Shown here: piece after piece, positions 43,801 to 59,400 of the stretch
Position numbering within the stretch: the first letter of the stretch is position 1
Layout: each line of letters begins with the position of its first letter
DNA from: Eledone cirrhosa
Taxonomy: Eukaryota
Reading direction: 5' to 3'
Assembly (NCBI GenBank): GCA_964016885.1
Contig: OZ024763.1
Span: forward strand, 10,044,001 to 10,108,000
DNA length: 64,000 bases
Notes under the pieces: generated by a model
The model's input: the letters and a program-made list of their open reading frames with translations, nothing else
The model's database searches: none
Told to the model about the DNA's origin: nothing
Program-made: the position numbers and the translations under genes

Positions 43801-46800
43801 TTAGCCATTTTAGAGTCATTTTCCTCATTTGTGATAGGGTTTTTGGCATTATGATGCCGTTGTAGTTATTTCAGAGTCATTTTAGTCATTTATGATGCCG
43901 TTTTTGTCATTCTAGTATCATTTTCGTCATCTAAGATGCAGTTTTAGCCCTTTTAGAGCAATTTTAGTCCTTCATAATGAAATTTTAGCCAATTTAGAGT
44001 TATTTTCGTCTTTTATGATGCCGCTTTAGACATTTTGGAGTCGTTTTAGTCATTTATAATGCGGTTTTAGCTATTTCAGAGTCATATTATTCATTTATGA
44101 TGCGGTTTTAACCATTTAAGTATCATTTTGGTCGTTTAAGACGCTGTTTTAGCGTTTTCAGAGTCGTTTTAGTCATATATAATGCCGTTTTAGCCATTTG
44201 CTGTTATTTTAGTCATTTATGATGCCATTTTAGCCCTTTTTGAGTCATTTTAGTCTTTAATAATTCAGTTTTAGCCATTTTAGAGTCATTTTCATCATTT
44301 TTGATGCCGCTTTAGACATTTTTGAGTCGTTTTAGTCATTTATGATGCTGTTTTAGCTATTTCAGAGTGGTTTTAGTCATATATAATGCCGTTTTAGCCC
44401 TTTTGGTGTTATTTTAGTCATTTATGATGCCGATTTTGTCATTCTAGTGTCATTTTCGTCATCTATGATGCCGTTTTAGCCCTTTTAGTGTCATTTTAGT
44501 CCTTTATAATGAAATTTTAGCCAATTTAGAGTCATTTTCGTCTTTTATGATGCCGTTTTAGACATTTTTGATTCGTTTTAGTCATTTATGATGCCGTTTT
44601 AGACCTTTAAGAGTAATTTTACTCATTTATGATGCCGTTTTGGTCATTTAAGCGTCATTTTCAACATTTATGATGCTGTTTTAGCCATTTTAGAATCATT
44701 TTCCTCATTTAAGATAGTGTTTTAGCCATTATGATGCTGCTTTCGCCATTTTAGTGTCATTTTCGTCATTTATGATGTCGCTTTAGATTTTTGGAGTCAT
44801 TTTAGTCATTTATGATGCTGTTTTAGCTATTTCAGAGTCATTTTAATCATTCATGATGCCGTTTTAACCATTTAAGTATCATTTTGGTCGTTTATGACGC
44901 TGTTTTAGCGTTTTCAGAGTCGTTTTAGTCATATATAATGCCGTTTTAGCCCTTTTGCTGTTATTTTAGTCATTTATGATGCCGTTTTAGCCCTTTTTGA
45001 GTCATTTTAGTCTTTGATAATTCAGTTTTAGCCATTTTAGAGTCATTTTCATCATTTTTGATGCCGCTTTAGACATTTTTGAGTCGTTTTAGTCATTTAT
45101 GATGCTGTTTTAGCTATTTCAGAGTGGTTTTAGTCATATATAATGCCGTTTTAGCCCTTTTGGTGTTATTTTAGTCATTTATGATGCCGTTTTAGCCCTT
45201 TTAGAATCATTTTACAATCAATTTACTCATTTAGTCATTTAAGCGTTATTTTCGTCATTTATGATGCTTTTTTAGCCATTTCTGCGTCATTTCCCTCATT
45301 CGTGATAGCGTTTTAGCCATTATGATGCCGTTTTAGCTATTTTAGAGTCATTTTAGTCATTTATGATGCCGATTTTGTCATTCTAGTGTCATTTTCGTCA
45401 TCTATGATGCCGTTTTAGCCCTTTTAGAGTCATTTTAGTCCTTTATAATGAAATTTTAGCCAATTTAGAGTCATTTTCGTCTTTTATGATGCCGTTTTAG
45501 ACATTTTTGATTCGTTTTAGTCATTTATGATGCCGTTTTAGACCTTTAAGAGTAATTTTACTCATTTATGATGCCGTTTTGGTCATTTAAGCGTCATTTT
45601 CAACATTTATGATGCTGTTTTAGCCATTTTAGAATCATTTTCCTCATTTAAGATAGTGTTTTAGCCATTATGATGCTACTTTCGCCATTTTAGTGTCATT
45701 TTCGTCATTTATGATGTCGCTTTAGATATTTTGGAGTCATTTTAGTCATTTATGATGCTGTTTTAGCTATTTCAGAGTCATTTTAATCATTTATGATGCC
45801 GTTTTAGCTATTTAAGTATCATTTTGGTCGTTTATGACGCTGCTTTAGCGTTTTCAGAGTCGTTTTAGTAATATATAATGCCGTTTTAGCCATTTTAGAG
45901 TCATTTTCCTCATTTGTGATAGGGTTTTTGGCATTATGATGCCGTTGTAGTTATTTCAGAGTCATTTTAGTCATTTATGATGCCGTTTTTGTCATTCTAG
46001 TATCATTTTCGTCATCTATGATGCAGTTTTAGCCCCTTTTAGAGCCATTTTAGTCCTTCATAATGAAATTTTAGCCAATTTAGAGTTATTTTCGTCTTTT
46101 ATGATGCCGCTTTAGACATTTTTGAGTCGTTTTAGTCATTTATGATAAGGTTTTAGCCATTATGATGCCGTTTTAGCCCTTTTAGAGTCACGTTAGTCTT
46201 TGATAATGCGGTTTTAGCCATTTTAGATTCATTTTGGTAGTTTATGACGCTATTTTAGTTTTTTCACAGTCGTTTTAGTCATTTATGATGCCGTTTTAGC
46301 CATTTTGGTGTTATTTTAGTCATTTATGATGCCGTTTTAGCCCTTTTAGATTCATTTTACTCATTTAGTCATTTAAGCGTTATTTTCGTCATTTATTATG
46401 CCGTCTTAGCCATTTCAGTGTTGCTGTAGTCATTTATGATGCTGTTTTAGCCATTTTAGAGTCATTTTCATCATTTAAGATAGTTTTTTAGCCATTCTGA
46501 TGCTGTTTTAGCCATTTTAGAGTCATTTTCGTCATTTATGATGCGGTTTTAGCCATTTTAGAGTGATTTTACTCATTTATGATGCCGTTTTAATCATTTA
46601 AGCATCATTTTCGTCATTTATGATGCTGTTTTAGCCATTTTAGAGTCATTTTCCTCCTTTAAAATTGTGTTTTAGCCATTATGATGCTGTTTTCGCCATT
46701 TTAGAGTTATTTCGTCATATATGATGCCGTTTTATCACTTTTAGAGTCATTTTAGTCCTTTATAATGACATTTTAGCCAATTTACAGTCATTTTCGTCTT

Positions 46801-49800
46801 TTATAATGCCGTTTTAGACATTTCTGAGTCGTTTTAGTCATTTATGATGCCGTTTAGCCCTTTTTGAGTCATTTCGTCATTTATGATGCCGTCTTAGCCA
46901 TTTTAGTGTTGCTATAGTCATTTATGATCGGTTTTAGCCATTTGGAGTCGTTTTAGTAATTTATGATGCTGTTTTAGCCATCTTAGAGTCATTTTCGTCA
47001 TTATGCTGCCGCTTTAGACATTTTGGAGTCGTTTAATCACTTATGGTGCTGTTTTAGCTATTTCAGAGTCGTTTTAGTCATATATAATGCGTTTTAGCCA
47101 TTTTAGGGTCATTTTCCCTCATTGTGATAGTGTTTTAGGCATTATGATGCCGTTTTAGCTATTTTAGAGTCATTTCAGTCATTTATGATGTCGTTTTAGT
47201 AATTCTACTGTCATTTTCGTCATCTATGATGCCGTTTTAACCCTTTTAGAGTCATTTAGTCCTTTATAATGAAATTTTAGCCAATTTAGAGTCATTTTCG
47301 TCTTTTATGATGCCGTTTTAGACATTTTTGATTCGTTTTAGTCATTTATGATGCCGTTTTAGACCTTTAAGAGTAATTTTACTCATTTATGATGCCGTTT
47401 TGGTCATTTAAGCGTCATTTTCAACATTTATGATGCTGTTTTAGCCATTTTAGAATCATTTTCCTCATTTCTAAGATAGTGTTTAGCATTATGATGCTCT
47501 TTCGCCATTTTAGTGTCATTTTCGTCATTTATGATGTCGCTTTAGATATTTTGGAGTCATTTTAGTCATTTATGATGCTGTTTTAGCTATTTCAGAGTCA
47601 TTTAATCATTATGATGCCGTTTTAGCTATTTAAGTATCATTTTGGTCGTTTATGACGCTGCTTTAGCGTTTTCAGAGTCGTTTTAGTAATATATAATGCC
47701 GTTTTAGCCATTTTAGAGTCATTTTTCCTCATTTGTGATAGGGTTTTTGGCATTATGATGCCGTTGTAGTTATTTCAGAGTCATTTTAGTCATTTATGAT
47801 GCCGTTTTTGTCATTCTAGTATCATTTTCTCGTCATCTATGATGCAGTTTTAGCCCCTTTTAGAGCCATTTTAGTCCTTCATAATGAAATTTTAGCCAAT
47901 TTAGAGTTATTTTTCGTCTTTTTATGATGCCGCTTTAGACATTTTTGAGTCGTTTTAGTCATTTATGATAAGGTTTTAGCCATTATGATGCCGTTTTAGC
48001 CCTTTTAGAGTCACGTTAGTCTTTGATAATGCGGTTTTAGCATTTTAGATTCATTTGGTAGTTTATGACGCTATTTTAGTTTTTTCACAGTCGTTTTAGT
48101 CATTTATGATGCCGTTTTAGCCATTTTGGTGTTATTTTAGTCATTTATGATGCCGTTTTAGCCCTTTTAGATTCATTTTACTCATTTAGTCATTTAAGCG
48201 TTATTTTCGTCATTATTATGCCGTCTTAGCCATTTCAGTGTTGCTGTAGTCATTTATGATGCTGTATTTAGCCATTTTAGAGTCATTTTCATCATTTAAG
48301 ATAGTTTTTTAGCCATTCTGATGCTGTTTTAGCCATTTTAGAGTCATTTTCGTCATTTATGATTGCGGTTTTAGCCATTTTAGAGTGATTTTACTCATTT
48401 ATGATGCCGTTTTAATCATTTAAGCATCATTTTTCGTCATTTATGATGCTGTTTTTAGCCATTTTAGAGTCATTTTCCTCCTTTAAAATTGTGTTTTAAG
48501 CCATTATGATGCTGTTTTCGCCATTTTTAGAGTTATTTCGTCATATATGATGCCGTTTAATCACTTTTAGAGTCATTTTAGTCCTTTATAATGACATTTT
48601 AGCTAATTTACAGTCATTTTCGTCTTTTATAATGCCGTTTTAGACATTTCTGAGTCGTTTTAGTCATTTATGATGCCGTTTAGCCCTTTTTGAGTCATTT
48701 CGTCATTTATGATGCCGTCTTAAGCCATTTTAGTGTTGCTATAGTCATTTATGATGCGGTTTTAGCCATTTTGGAGTCGTTTTAGTAATTTATGATGCTG
48801 TTTTAGCCATCTTAGAGTCATTTTCGTCATTTATGCTGCGCTTTAGACATTTTGGAGTCGTTTAATCACTTATGGTGCTGTTTTAGCTATTTCAGAGTCG
48901 TTTTAGTCATATATAATGCCGTTTTAGCCATTTTAGGGTCATTTCCTCATTGTGATAGTGTTTTAGCATTATGATGCCGTTTTAGCTATTTTAGAGTCAT
49001 TTCAGTCATTTATGATGTCGTTTTAGTAATTCTACTGTCATTTTTCGTCATCTATGATGCCGTTTTAAGCCCTTTTAGAGTCATTTAGTCCTTTATAATG
49101 AAATTTTAGCCATTTAGAGCCATTTTCGTCTTTTATGATGCCGTTTTAGACATTTTTGATTTCGTTTTAGTCATTTATGATGCCGTTTTAGACCTTTAAG
49201 AGTAATTTTATCATTTATGATGCCGTTTTGGTCATTTAAGCGTCATTTTCAACATTTATGATGCTGTTTTAGCCATTTTAGAATCATTTTCCTCTTTTAA
49301 GATAGTGTTTTAGCCATTATAATGCTGCTTTCGCCATTTTAGTGTCATTTTCGTCATTTATGATGTCGCTTTAGATATTTTGGAGTACTTTTAGTCATTT
49401 ATGATGCTGTTTTAGCTATTTCAGAGTCATTTTAATCATTTATGATGCCGTTTTAACCATTTAAGTATCATTTTGGTCGTTTATGACGCTGTTATAGCGT
49501 TTTCAGAGTCGTTTTAGTAATATATAATGCCGTTGTAGCCATTTTAGAGTCATTTTCCTCATTTGTGATAGGGTATTTTTGGCATTATGTTGCCGTTGTA
49601 GCTATTTTAGAGTCATTTTAGTCATTTATGATGCCGTTTTTGTCATTTCTAGTATCATTTTCCGTCATCTATGATGCAGTTTTAGCCCTTTTAGAGCCAT
49701 TTTAGTCCTTCATAATGAAATTTTAGCCAATTTAGAGTTATTTTCGTCTTTTATGATGCCGCTTTAGACATTTTTGAGTCGTTTAGTCATTTATGATAAG

Positions 49801-50478
49801 GTTTTAGCCATTATGATGCCGTTTTAGCCCTTTTAGAGTCACGTTAGTCTTTGATAATGCGGTTTTAGCCATTTTAGATTCATTTTGGTCGTTTATGACG
49901 CTATTTTAGCTTTTTCACAGTCGTTTTAGTCATTGATGATGCCGTTTATAGCCATTTTGGTGTTATTTTAGTCATTTATGATGCCGTTTTAGTCCTTTTA
50001 GATCATTTACTCATTTAGTCATTTAAGCGTTATTTTCGTCATTTATTATGCCGTCTTAGCCATTTCAGTGTTGCTGTAGTCATTATGATGCTGTTTTAGC
50101 AATTTTTAGAGTAATTTTCATCATTTAAGATAGTGTTTTAGCCATTCTGATGCTGTTTTAGCATTTTAGAGTCATTTTCGTCATTTATGATGCGGTTTTA
50201 GCCATTGTAGAGTGATTTTACTCATTTATGATGCGTTTTAATCATTTAAGCATCATTTTCCTCCTTAAGATTGTGTTTTAGCCATTATGATGCTTGTTTT
50301 CGCCATTTTAGAGTTATTTCGTCATATATGATGCCGTTTTATCACTTTTAGAGTCATTTGAGTCCTTTATAATGACATTTTAGCCAATTTAGAGTCATTT
50401 ACGTCCTTATGATGCCGTCTTAGCGATTCTAGTGTTGCTATAGTCATTTATGATGCGGTTTTAGCCATTTTGGAGTCA
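34813..50478 (+). repeat. 41-bp satellite array, T-rich orientation, with 1.8-2.6-kb higher-order repeats
   Basis: Consensus GTCATTTTCGTCATTTATGATGCCGTTTTAGCCATTTTAGA; period 41 (35211 to 35252). The rare marker GATAAGG occurs at 34831, 37634, 40268, 46144, 47967, 49795. Confidence 0.97.
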
Positions 50479-53400
50479 TAACGACCAAAATGATTCTTAA
50501 ATGGCTAAAACAGCGTCATAAATGAATAGAATGACTCTGAAATAGTTAAAGCAGCATCATAAATGAATAAAACGACTGAAAAATGCCTAACGCGGCATCA
50601 TAAATGACAAAAATGACTCTAAAATGGCTAAAACAGCATCATAATGGCTAAAACACTAGCATAAATGAGGAACATGACTCTAAAATGGCTAAAACAGCGT
50701 CATAAATGAATAAAATGACGCTTAAAGGAATTAAACGGCATCATAAATGAGAAAATGGACTCTCAAATGGGCTAAAACCGCATCATAAATGACGAAATGA
50801 CGCTTAAATGACTAAAACGGCATCAAAATGAATAACCGACTCGAAAATGTCTAAAACGTCGTCATAAATGACGAAAAGACTCTGCAATGGTTAAAACAGC
50901 ATCATAATGAGTCAAATGACTCTAAAAGGGCTAAAACGGCATCATAAACGACTAAAATAACACCAAAATGGCTAAAACAGTATCATAATGACTAAAACAC
51001 TAGCATAAATGAGGGAAATGACTCTAAATGGCTAAAACAGCATCATAAATGACGAAAATGACGCTTAAAGGAAGAAAACGGCATCATAAATGAGTAAAAT
51101 GACTGTCAAATGGCTAAAACCGCATCATAAATGACGAAAATGACGCTTAAATGACTAAAACGGCATCATAAATGACTAAAATAATACCTAAATGGCTTAA
51201 ACGGCATCATAAATGAATAACTGACTCAAAAATGTCTTAAACGTCGTCATAAATGACGAAAAAGACTCCTTACAACAATGGTTAAAACAGCATCATAAAT
51301 GAGTCAAATGACTCTAAAAGGGCTAAAACGGCATTATATATCAATGAAACGACTCTAAAAATGCTAAAACAGCGTCATAAACGACAAAATGATAATAAAT
51401 TGCTAAAACTGCATCATAAATAACTAAAATGACTCTGAAATAGCTAAAGCAGCATCATAATTGACTAAAATGACTGAAAAATGTCTAAAGCGGCATCATA
51501 AATGACAAAAATAACTCTAAAATGGCTAAACCAGCATCATAAATGACGAAAACGACGCATAAATGAATAAAACGGCATCATAAATGACTAAAATAACACC
51601 AAAATGGCTTGAACGGCATCATAAATGACTAAAACGACTCAAAAATGTCTAAAACGTCATCATAAATGACGAAAATGACTCTACAATGGCTAAAACAGCA
51701 TCATAAACGACTAAAACTACTCTAAAAGGGCGAAACGGCATTATATATGACTGAAACGACTCTAAAATGGCTAAAACAGCATCATAAACGACCAAAATGA
51801 TCCTTAAATAGCTAAAACGGCATCATAAATGACTAAAATGACTCGGAAATAGCTAAAGCAGCATAATAAATGAATAAAACGACTGAAAAATGCCTAAAGC
51901 GGCATCATAAATGTCGAAAATGACTCTGAAATGGCTACAACAGCATCATAATGGTTAAAATGACGCTTAAATGACTAAAACGGCATCATAAATGAGTAAA
52001 ATGACTCTAAAAGGGCTAAAACAGCATCATCAATGACTAAAACACTAGCATAAATGAGGAAAATGGACTCTAAATGGCTAAAACAGCATCATAAATGACG
52101 AAAATGACGCTTAAATGAAGAATATGGCATCATAAATGAGTAAAATGACTCTAAAATGGCTAAAACCGCATCATAAATGACGGAAATGACGCTTAAATGA
52201 CTAAAACGGCATCATAAATGTATAACCGACTCGAAAATGTCTAAAACGTCGTCATAAATTACGAAAAAGACTCTACAATGGTTAAAACAGCATCATAAAT
52301 GAGTCGAATGACTCTAAAAGGGCTAAAACGGCATCATAAACGACTAAATAACACCAGAATGGCTAAAACAGTATCATAATGACTAAAACACTAGCATAAA
52401 TGAGGAAAATGACTCTAAATGGCTAAAACAGCATCATAAATGACGAAAATGACGCTTAAAGGAAGAATATGGCATCATAAATGAGTAAAATGACTCTAAA
52501 ATGGCTACAACCGCATCATAAATGACGAAATGACGCTTAAATGACTAAAACGGCATCATAAATGAATAACCGACTCGAAAATGTCTAAAACGTCGTCATG
52601 AATGACGAAAAAGACTCTACAATGGTTAAAACAGCATCATCAATGAGTCAAATGACTCTAAAAGGGCTAAAACGGCATCATAAACGACTAAAATAACACC
52701 AAAATGGCTAAAACAGTATCATAATGACTAAAACACTAGCATAAATGAGGAAAATGACTCTAAATGGCTAAAACAGCATCATAAATGACGAAAATGACGC
52801 TTAAAGGAAGAATATGGCATCATAAATGAGTAAAATAACTCTAAAATGGCTAAAACCGCATCATAAATGTCGAAAATGACGCTTCAATGACTAAAACGGC
52901 ATCATAAATGAATAACCGACTCGAAAATGTCTAAAACGTCGTCATAAATGACGAAAAAGACTCTACAATGGTTAAAACAGCATCATAAATGAGTCATATG
53001 ACTCTAAAAGGGCTAAGACGGCATCATAAACGACTAAAATAACACCAAAATGGCTAAAACAGTATCATAATGACTAAAACGCTAGCATAAATGAGGAAAA
53101 TGACTCTAAATGGCTAAAACAGCATCATAAATGACGAAAATGACGCTTAAAGGAAGAATATGGCATCATAAATGAGTAAAATGACTCTAAAATGGCTAAA
53201 ACCGCATCATAAATGACGAAAATGACGCTTTAAATGACTAAAACGGCATCATAAATGAATAACCGACTCGAAAATGTCTAAAACATCGTCATAAATGACG
53301 AAAAAGACTCTACAATGGTTAAAACAGTATCATAAATGAGTCAAATGACTCTAAAAGGGCTAAAACGGCATCATAAACGACTAAAATAACATCAAAATGG

Positions 53401-56400
53401 CTAAAACAGTATCATAATGACTAAAACACTAGCATAAATGAGGAAAAGGACTCTAAATGGCTAAAACAGCATCATAAATGACGAAAATGACGCTTAAAGG
53501 AAGAAAACGGCATCATAAATGAGTAAAATGACTGTCAAATGGCTAAAACCGCATCATAAATGACGAAAATGACGCTTAAGTGACTAAAACGGCATCATAA
53601 ATGACTAAATGGCTTAAACGGCATCATAAATGAATAACTGACTCAAAAATGTCTAAAACGTCGTCATAAATGACGAAAAAGACTCTACAATGGTTAAAAA
53701 CAGCATCATAAATGACGAAAATGACTCTAAAAGGGCTAAAACGGCATAATATATCACTGAAACGACTCTAAAAATCCTAAAACAGCGTCATAAACGACAA
53801 AATGATAATAAATTGCTAAAACTGCATCATAAATAACTAAAATGACTCTGAAATAGCTAAAGCAGCATCATAAATGACAAAAAATAACTCTAAAATGGCT
53901 AAACCAGCATCATAAATGACGAAAACGACGCATAAATGAATAAAACGGCATCATAAATGACTAAAATAACACCAAAATGGCTTGAACGGCATCATAAATG
54001 ACTAAAACGACTCAAAAATGTCTAAAACGTCATCATAAATGACGAAAATGACTCTACAATGGCTAAAAACAGCATCATAAACGACTAAAATGACTCTAAA
54101 AGGGCGAAAACGGCATTATATATGACTGAAAACGACTCTAAAATGGCTAAAAACAGCATCATAAACGACCAAAATGATCCTTAAATAGCTAAAACGGCAT
54201 CATAAATGACTAAAATGACTCGGAAATAGCTAAAGCAGCATAATAAATGAAATAAAAACGACTGAAAAATGCCTAAAGCGGCATCATAAATGTCGAAAAT
54301 GACTCTGAAAATGGCTACAACAGCATCATAATGGTTAAAATGACGCTTAAATGACTAAAAACGGCATCATAAATGAGTAAAATAACTCTAAAAGGGCTAA
54401 AACGGCATCATAAAAAGACTAAAATAACACCAAAATGGCTGAAACAGCATCATAATGACTAACACACTAACATAAATTAGGAAAATGACTCTAAAATGGC
54501 TAAAACCGCATCATAAATGACGGAAATGACGCTTAAATGACTGAAACGGCATCATAAATGAATAACCTACTCGAAAATGTCTAAAACGTCGTCATAAATG
54601 ACGAAAAAGACTCTACAATGGTTAAAACAGCATCATAAATGAGTCAAATGACCCTAAAAGGGCTAAAACGGCATCATAAACGACTAAAATAACACCAAAA
54701 TGGCTAAAACAGTATCATAATGACTAAAACACTAGCATAAATGAGGAAAATGACTCTAAATGGATAAAACAGCATCATAAATGACGAAAATGACGCTTAA
54801 AGGAAGAAAACGGCATCATAAATGAGTAAAATGACTGTCAAATGGCTAAAACCGCATCATAAATGACGAAAATGACGCTTAAATGACTAAAACGGCATCA
54901 TAAATGACTAAAATAATACCTAAATGGCTTAAACGGCATCATAAATGAATAACTGACTCAAAAATGTCTAAAACGTCGTCATAAATGACGAAAAAGACTC
55001 TACAATGGTTAAAACAGCATCATAAATGACGAAAATGACTCTAAAAAGGGCTAAAACGGCATTATATATGACTGAAACGACTTAAAAAAACGCTAAAACA
55101 GCNNNNNNNNNNNNNNNNNNNNNNNNNNNNNNNNNNNNNNNNNNNNNNNNNNNNNNNNNNNNNNNNNNNNNNNNNNNNNNNNNNNNNNNNNNNNNNNNNN
55201 NNNNNNNNNNNNNNNNNNNNNNNNNNNNNNNNNNNNNNNNNNNNNNNNNNNNNNNNNNNNNNNNNNNNNNNNNNNNNNNNNNNNNNNNNNNNNNNNNNNN
55301 NNCGAAAACCGCATCATAAATGACGAAAATGACGCTTAAATGACTAAAACGGCATCATAAATGACTAAAATTATACCTAAATGGCTTAAACGGCATCATA
55401 AATGAATAACTGACTCAAAAATGTCTAAAACGTCGTCATAAATGACGAAAAAGACCCTACGATGGTTAAAACAGCATCATAAATGACGAAAATGACTCTA
55501 AAAGAGCTAAAACGGGATCATAAATGACTAAAATAGCATCAAAATGGCTTAAACGGCATCATAAATGAATAAACGACGCAAAAATGTATAAAACGTCATC
55601 ATAAATGACGAAAAAGACTCTACAATGGTTAAAACAGCATCATAAATGACGAAAATGACTCTAAAAAGGGCGAAACGGCATTATATATGACTGAAAGGAC
55701 TCTAAAATGGCTAAAACAGCATCATAAACGACCAAAATGATCCTTAAATAGCTAAAACGGCATCATAAATGACTAAAATGACTCGGAAATAGCTAAAGCA
55801 GCATAATAAATGAATAAAACGACTGAAAAATGCCTAAAGCGGCATCATAAATGTCGAAAATGACTCTAAAACGGCTACAACAGCATCATAATGGTTAAAA
55901 TGAGGCTTAAATGACTAAAACGGTCATCATAAATGAGTAAAATGACTCTAGAATGTCTAAAACGTCGTCATAAATGACGAAAAAGACTCTACAATGGTTA
56001 AAACAGCATCATAAATGAGTCAAATGACTCTAAAAGGGCTAAAACGACATCATAAACGACTAAAATAACATCACAATGGCTAAAACAGTATCATAATAAC
56101 TAAAACACTAGCATAAATGAGGAAAATGACTCTAAATGGCTTAAACAGCATCATAAATGACGAAATGACGCTTAAAGGAAGAAAACGGCATCATAAATGA
56201 GTAAAATGACTCTCAAATGGCTAAAACCGCATTATAAATGACGAAAATGACGCTTAAATGACTAAAACGGCATCATAAATGAATAACCGACTCGAAAATG
56301 TCTAAAACGTCGTCATAAATGACGAAAAAGACTCTACAATGGTTAAAACAGCATCATAAATGAGTCAAATGACTCTAAAAGGGCTAAAACGGGCATCATA

Positions 56401-59400
56401 AACGACTAAAATAACACCAAAATGGCTAAAACAGTATCATAATGACTAAAACACTAGTATAAATGAGGAAAATGACTCTAAATGGCTACAACAGCATCAT
56501 AAATGACGAAAATGACGCTTAAAGGAAGAAAACGTCATCATAAATGAGTAAAATGACTCTAAAATGGCTAAAACACTAGCATCATAAATGACGAAAATGA
56601 CGCTTAAATGACTAAAACGGCATGATAAATGACTAAAATAATACCTAAATGGCTTAAACGGCATCATAAATGAATAACTGACTCAAAAATGTCTAAAACG
56701 TCGTCATAAATGACGAAAAAGACTCTACAATGGTTAAAACAGCATCATAAATGACGAAAATGACTCTAAAAGGGCTAAAACGGCATTATATATGACTGAA
56801 ACGACTCTAAACATGCTAAAACAGCGTCATAAACGACAAAATGATAATATATTGCTAAAACTGCATCATAAATAATTAAAATGACTCTGAAATAGCTAAA
56901 GCAGCATCATAGATGAGTAAAATGACTGAAAAATGTCTATAGCAGCATCATAAATGACAATAATAACTCAAAAAGTGCTAAACCAGCATCATAAATGACT
57001 AAAATAACATCAAAATGGCGTGAACGGCATCATGAATGAGTAAAACGACTGAAAATTGTCTAAAACGTCATCATAAATGACGAAAATTACTCTACAATGG
57101 CTAAAACAGCATCATAATGGCTAAAACACTAGCATAAATGAGGAAAATGACTCTAAAATGGCTAAAACAGCGTCATAAATGAATAAAATGACTCTGAGAT
57201 AGTTAAAGCAGCATTATAAATGAATAAAACGACTGAAAAATGCCTAAAGCGGCATCATAAACGACTAAAATAACACCAAAATGGCTAAAGCAGCATCATA
57301 ATGACTAAAACACTAGCATAAATGAGGAAAATGACTCTAAATGGCTAAAACAGCATCATAAATGATGAAAATATCGCTTAAAGGAATAAAACGGCATCAT
57401 AAATGAGAAAAATGACTCTCAAATGGCTAAAACCGCATCATAAATGACGAAAATGACGCTTAAATGACTAAAACGGCATCATAAATGAATAACCGACTCG
57501 AAAATGTCTAAAACGTCGTCATAAATGACGAAAAAGACTCTACAATGGTTAAAACAGCATCATAAATGAGTCAAATGACTCTACAAGGGCTAAAACGGCA
57601 TCATAAACGACTAAAATAACACCAAAATGGCTAAAACAGTATCTTAAATGAGTAAAACGACTCAAAAATGTCTAAAACGTCATCATTAATGACGAAAATT
57701 ACTCTACAATGGCTAAAACAGCATCACAAATGAGGAAGATGACTCTAAAGGGGCTAAAACGGACTCAAAAACGACTGAAACGACTTAAAAAACGCTAAAA
57801 CAGCGTCATAAACGACCAAAATGATTCTTAAATGGCTGAAACAGCGTCATAAATGAATAAAATGACTCTGAAATAGTTAAAGCAGCATCATAAATGAATA
57901 AAACGACGGAAAAATGCCTAAAGCGGCATCATAAATGACAACAATGACTCTAAAATGGCTAAAACAGCATCATAATGGCTAAAACACTAGCATAAATGAG
58001 GAAAATGAGTCTAAAATGGCTAAAACAGCGTCATAAATGAATAAAATGACTCTGAGATAGTTAAAGCAGCATCATAAATGAATAAAACGACTGAAAAATG
58101 CCTAAAGCGGCATCATAAACGACTAAAATGACACCAAAATGGCTAAAACAGCATCATAATGACTAAAACAGTAGCATAAATGAGGAAAATGACTCTAAAT
58201 GGCTAAAACAGCATCATAAATGACGGAAATGTCGCTTAAATGACTAAAACGGCATCATAAATGAATAACCGACTCTAAAAATGCTAAAACAGCGTCATAA
58301 ACGACAAAATGATAATAAATTGCTAAAACTGCATCATAAATAACTAAAATGACTCTGAAATAGCTGAAGCAGCATCATAAATGACTAAAATGACTGAAAA
58401 ATGTCTAAAGCGGCATCATAAATGACAAAAATAACTCTAAAATGGCTAAACCAACATCATAAATGACGAAAACGACGCATAAATGAATAAAACGGCATCA
58501 TAAATGACTAAAATAACACCAAAATGGCTTGAACGGCATCATAAATGACTAAAACGACTCAAAAATGTCTAAAACGTCATCATAAATGACGAAAATGACT
58601 CTACAATGGCTAAAACAGCATCATAAACGACTAAAATGACTCTAAAAGGGCGAAACGGCATTATATATGACTGAAACGACTCTAAAATGGCTAAAACAGC
58701 ATCATAAACGACCAAAATGATCCTTAAATAGCTAAAACGGCATCATAAATGACTAAAATGACTCTGAAATAGCTAAATCAGCATAATAAATGAATAAAAC
58801 GACTGAAAAATGCCTAAAGCGGCATCATAAATGTCGAAAATGACTCTGAAATGGCTACAACAGCATCATAATGGTTAAAATGACGCTTAAATGACTAAAA
58901 CGGCATCATAAATGAGTAAAATGACTCTAAAAGGGCTAAAACAGCATCATAAAAGACTAAAATAACACCAAAATGGCTGAAACAGCATCATAATGACTAA
59001 AACACTAGCATAAATGAGGAAAATGATTCTAAATGGCTAAGACAGCATCATAAATGACGAAAATGACGCTTAAATGAAGAATATGGCATCATAAATGAGT
59101 AAAATGACTCTAAAATGGCTAAAACCGCATCATAAATGACGGAAATGACGCTTAAATGACTAAAACGGCATCATAAATGAATAACCGACTCGAAAATGTC
59201 TAAAACGTCGTCATAAATGACGAAAAAGTCTCTACAATGGTTAAAACAGCACCATAAATGAGTCAAATAACTCTAAAAGGGCTAAAACGGCATGATAAAC
59301 GACTAAAATAACACCAAAATGGCTAAAACAGTATCATAATGACTAAAACACTAGCATAAATGAGGAAAATGACTCTAAATGGCTAAAACCGCATCATAAA

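Noticed and set aside
55093-55317. 74-aa ORF of X residues
   Set aside because: It spans the 200-N assembly gap.
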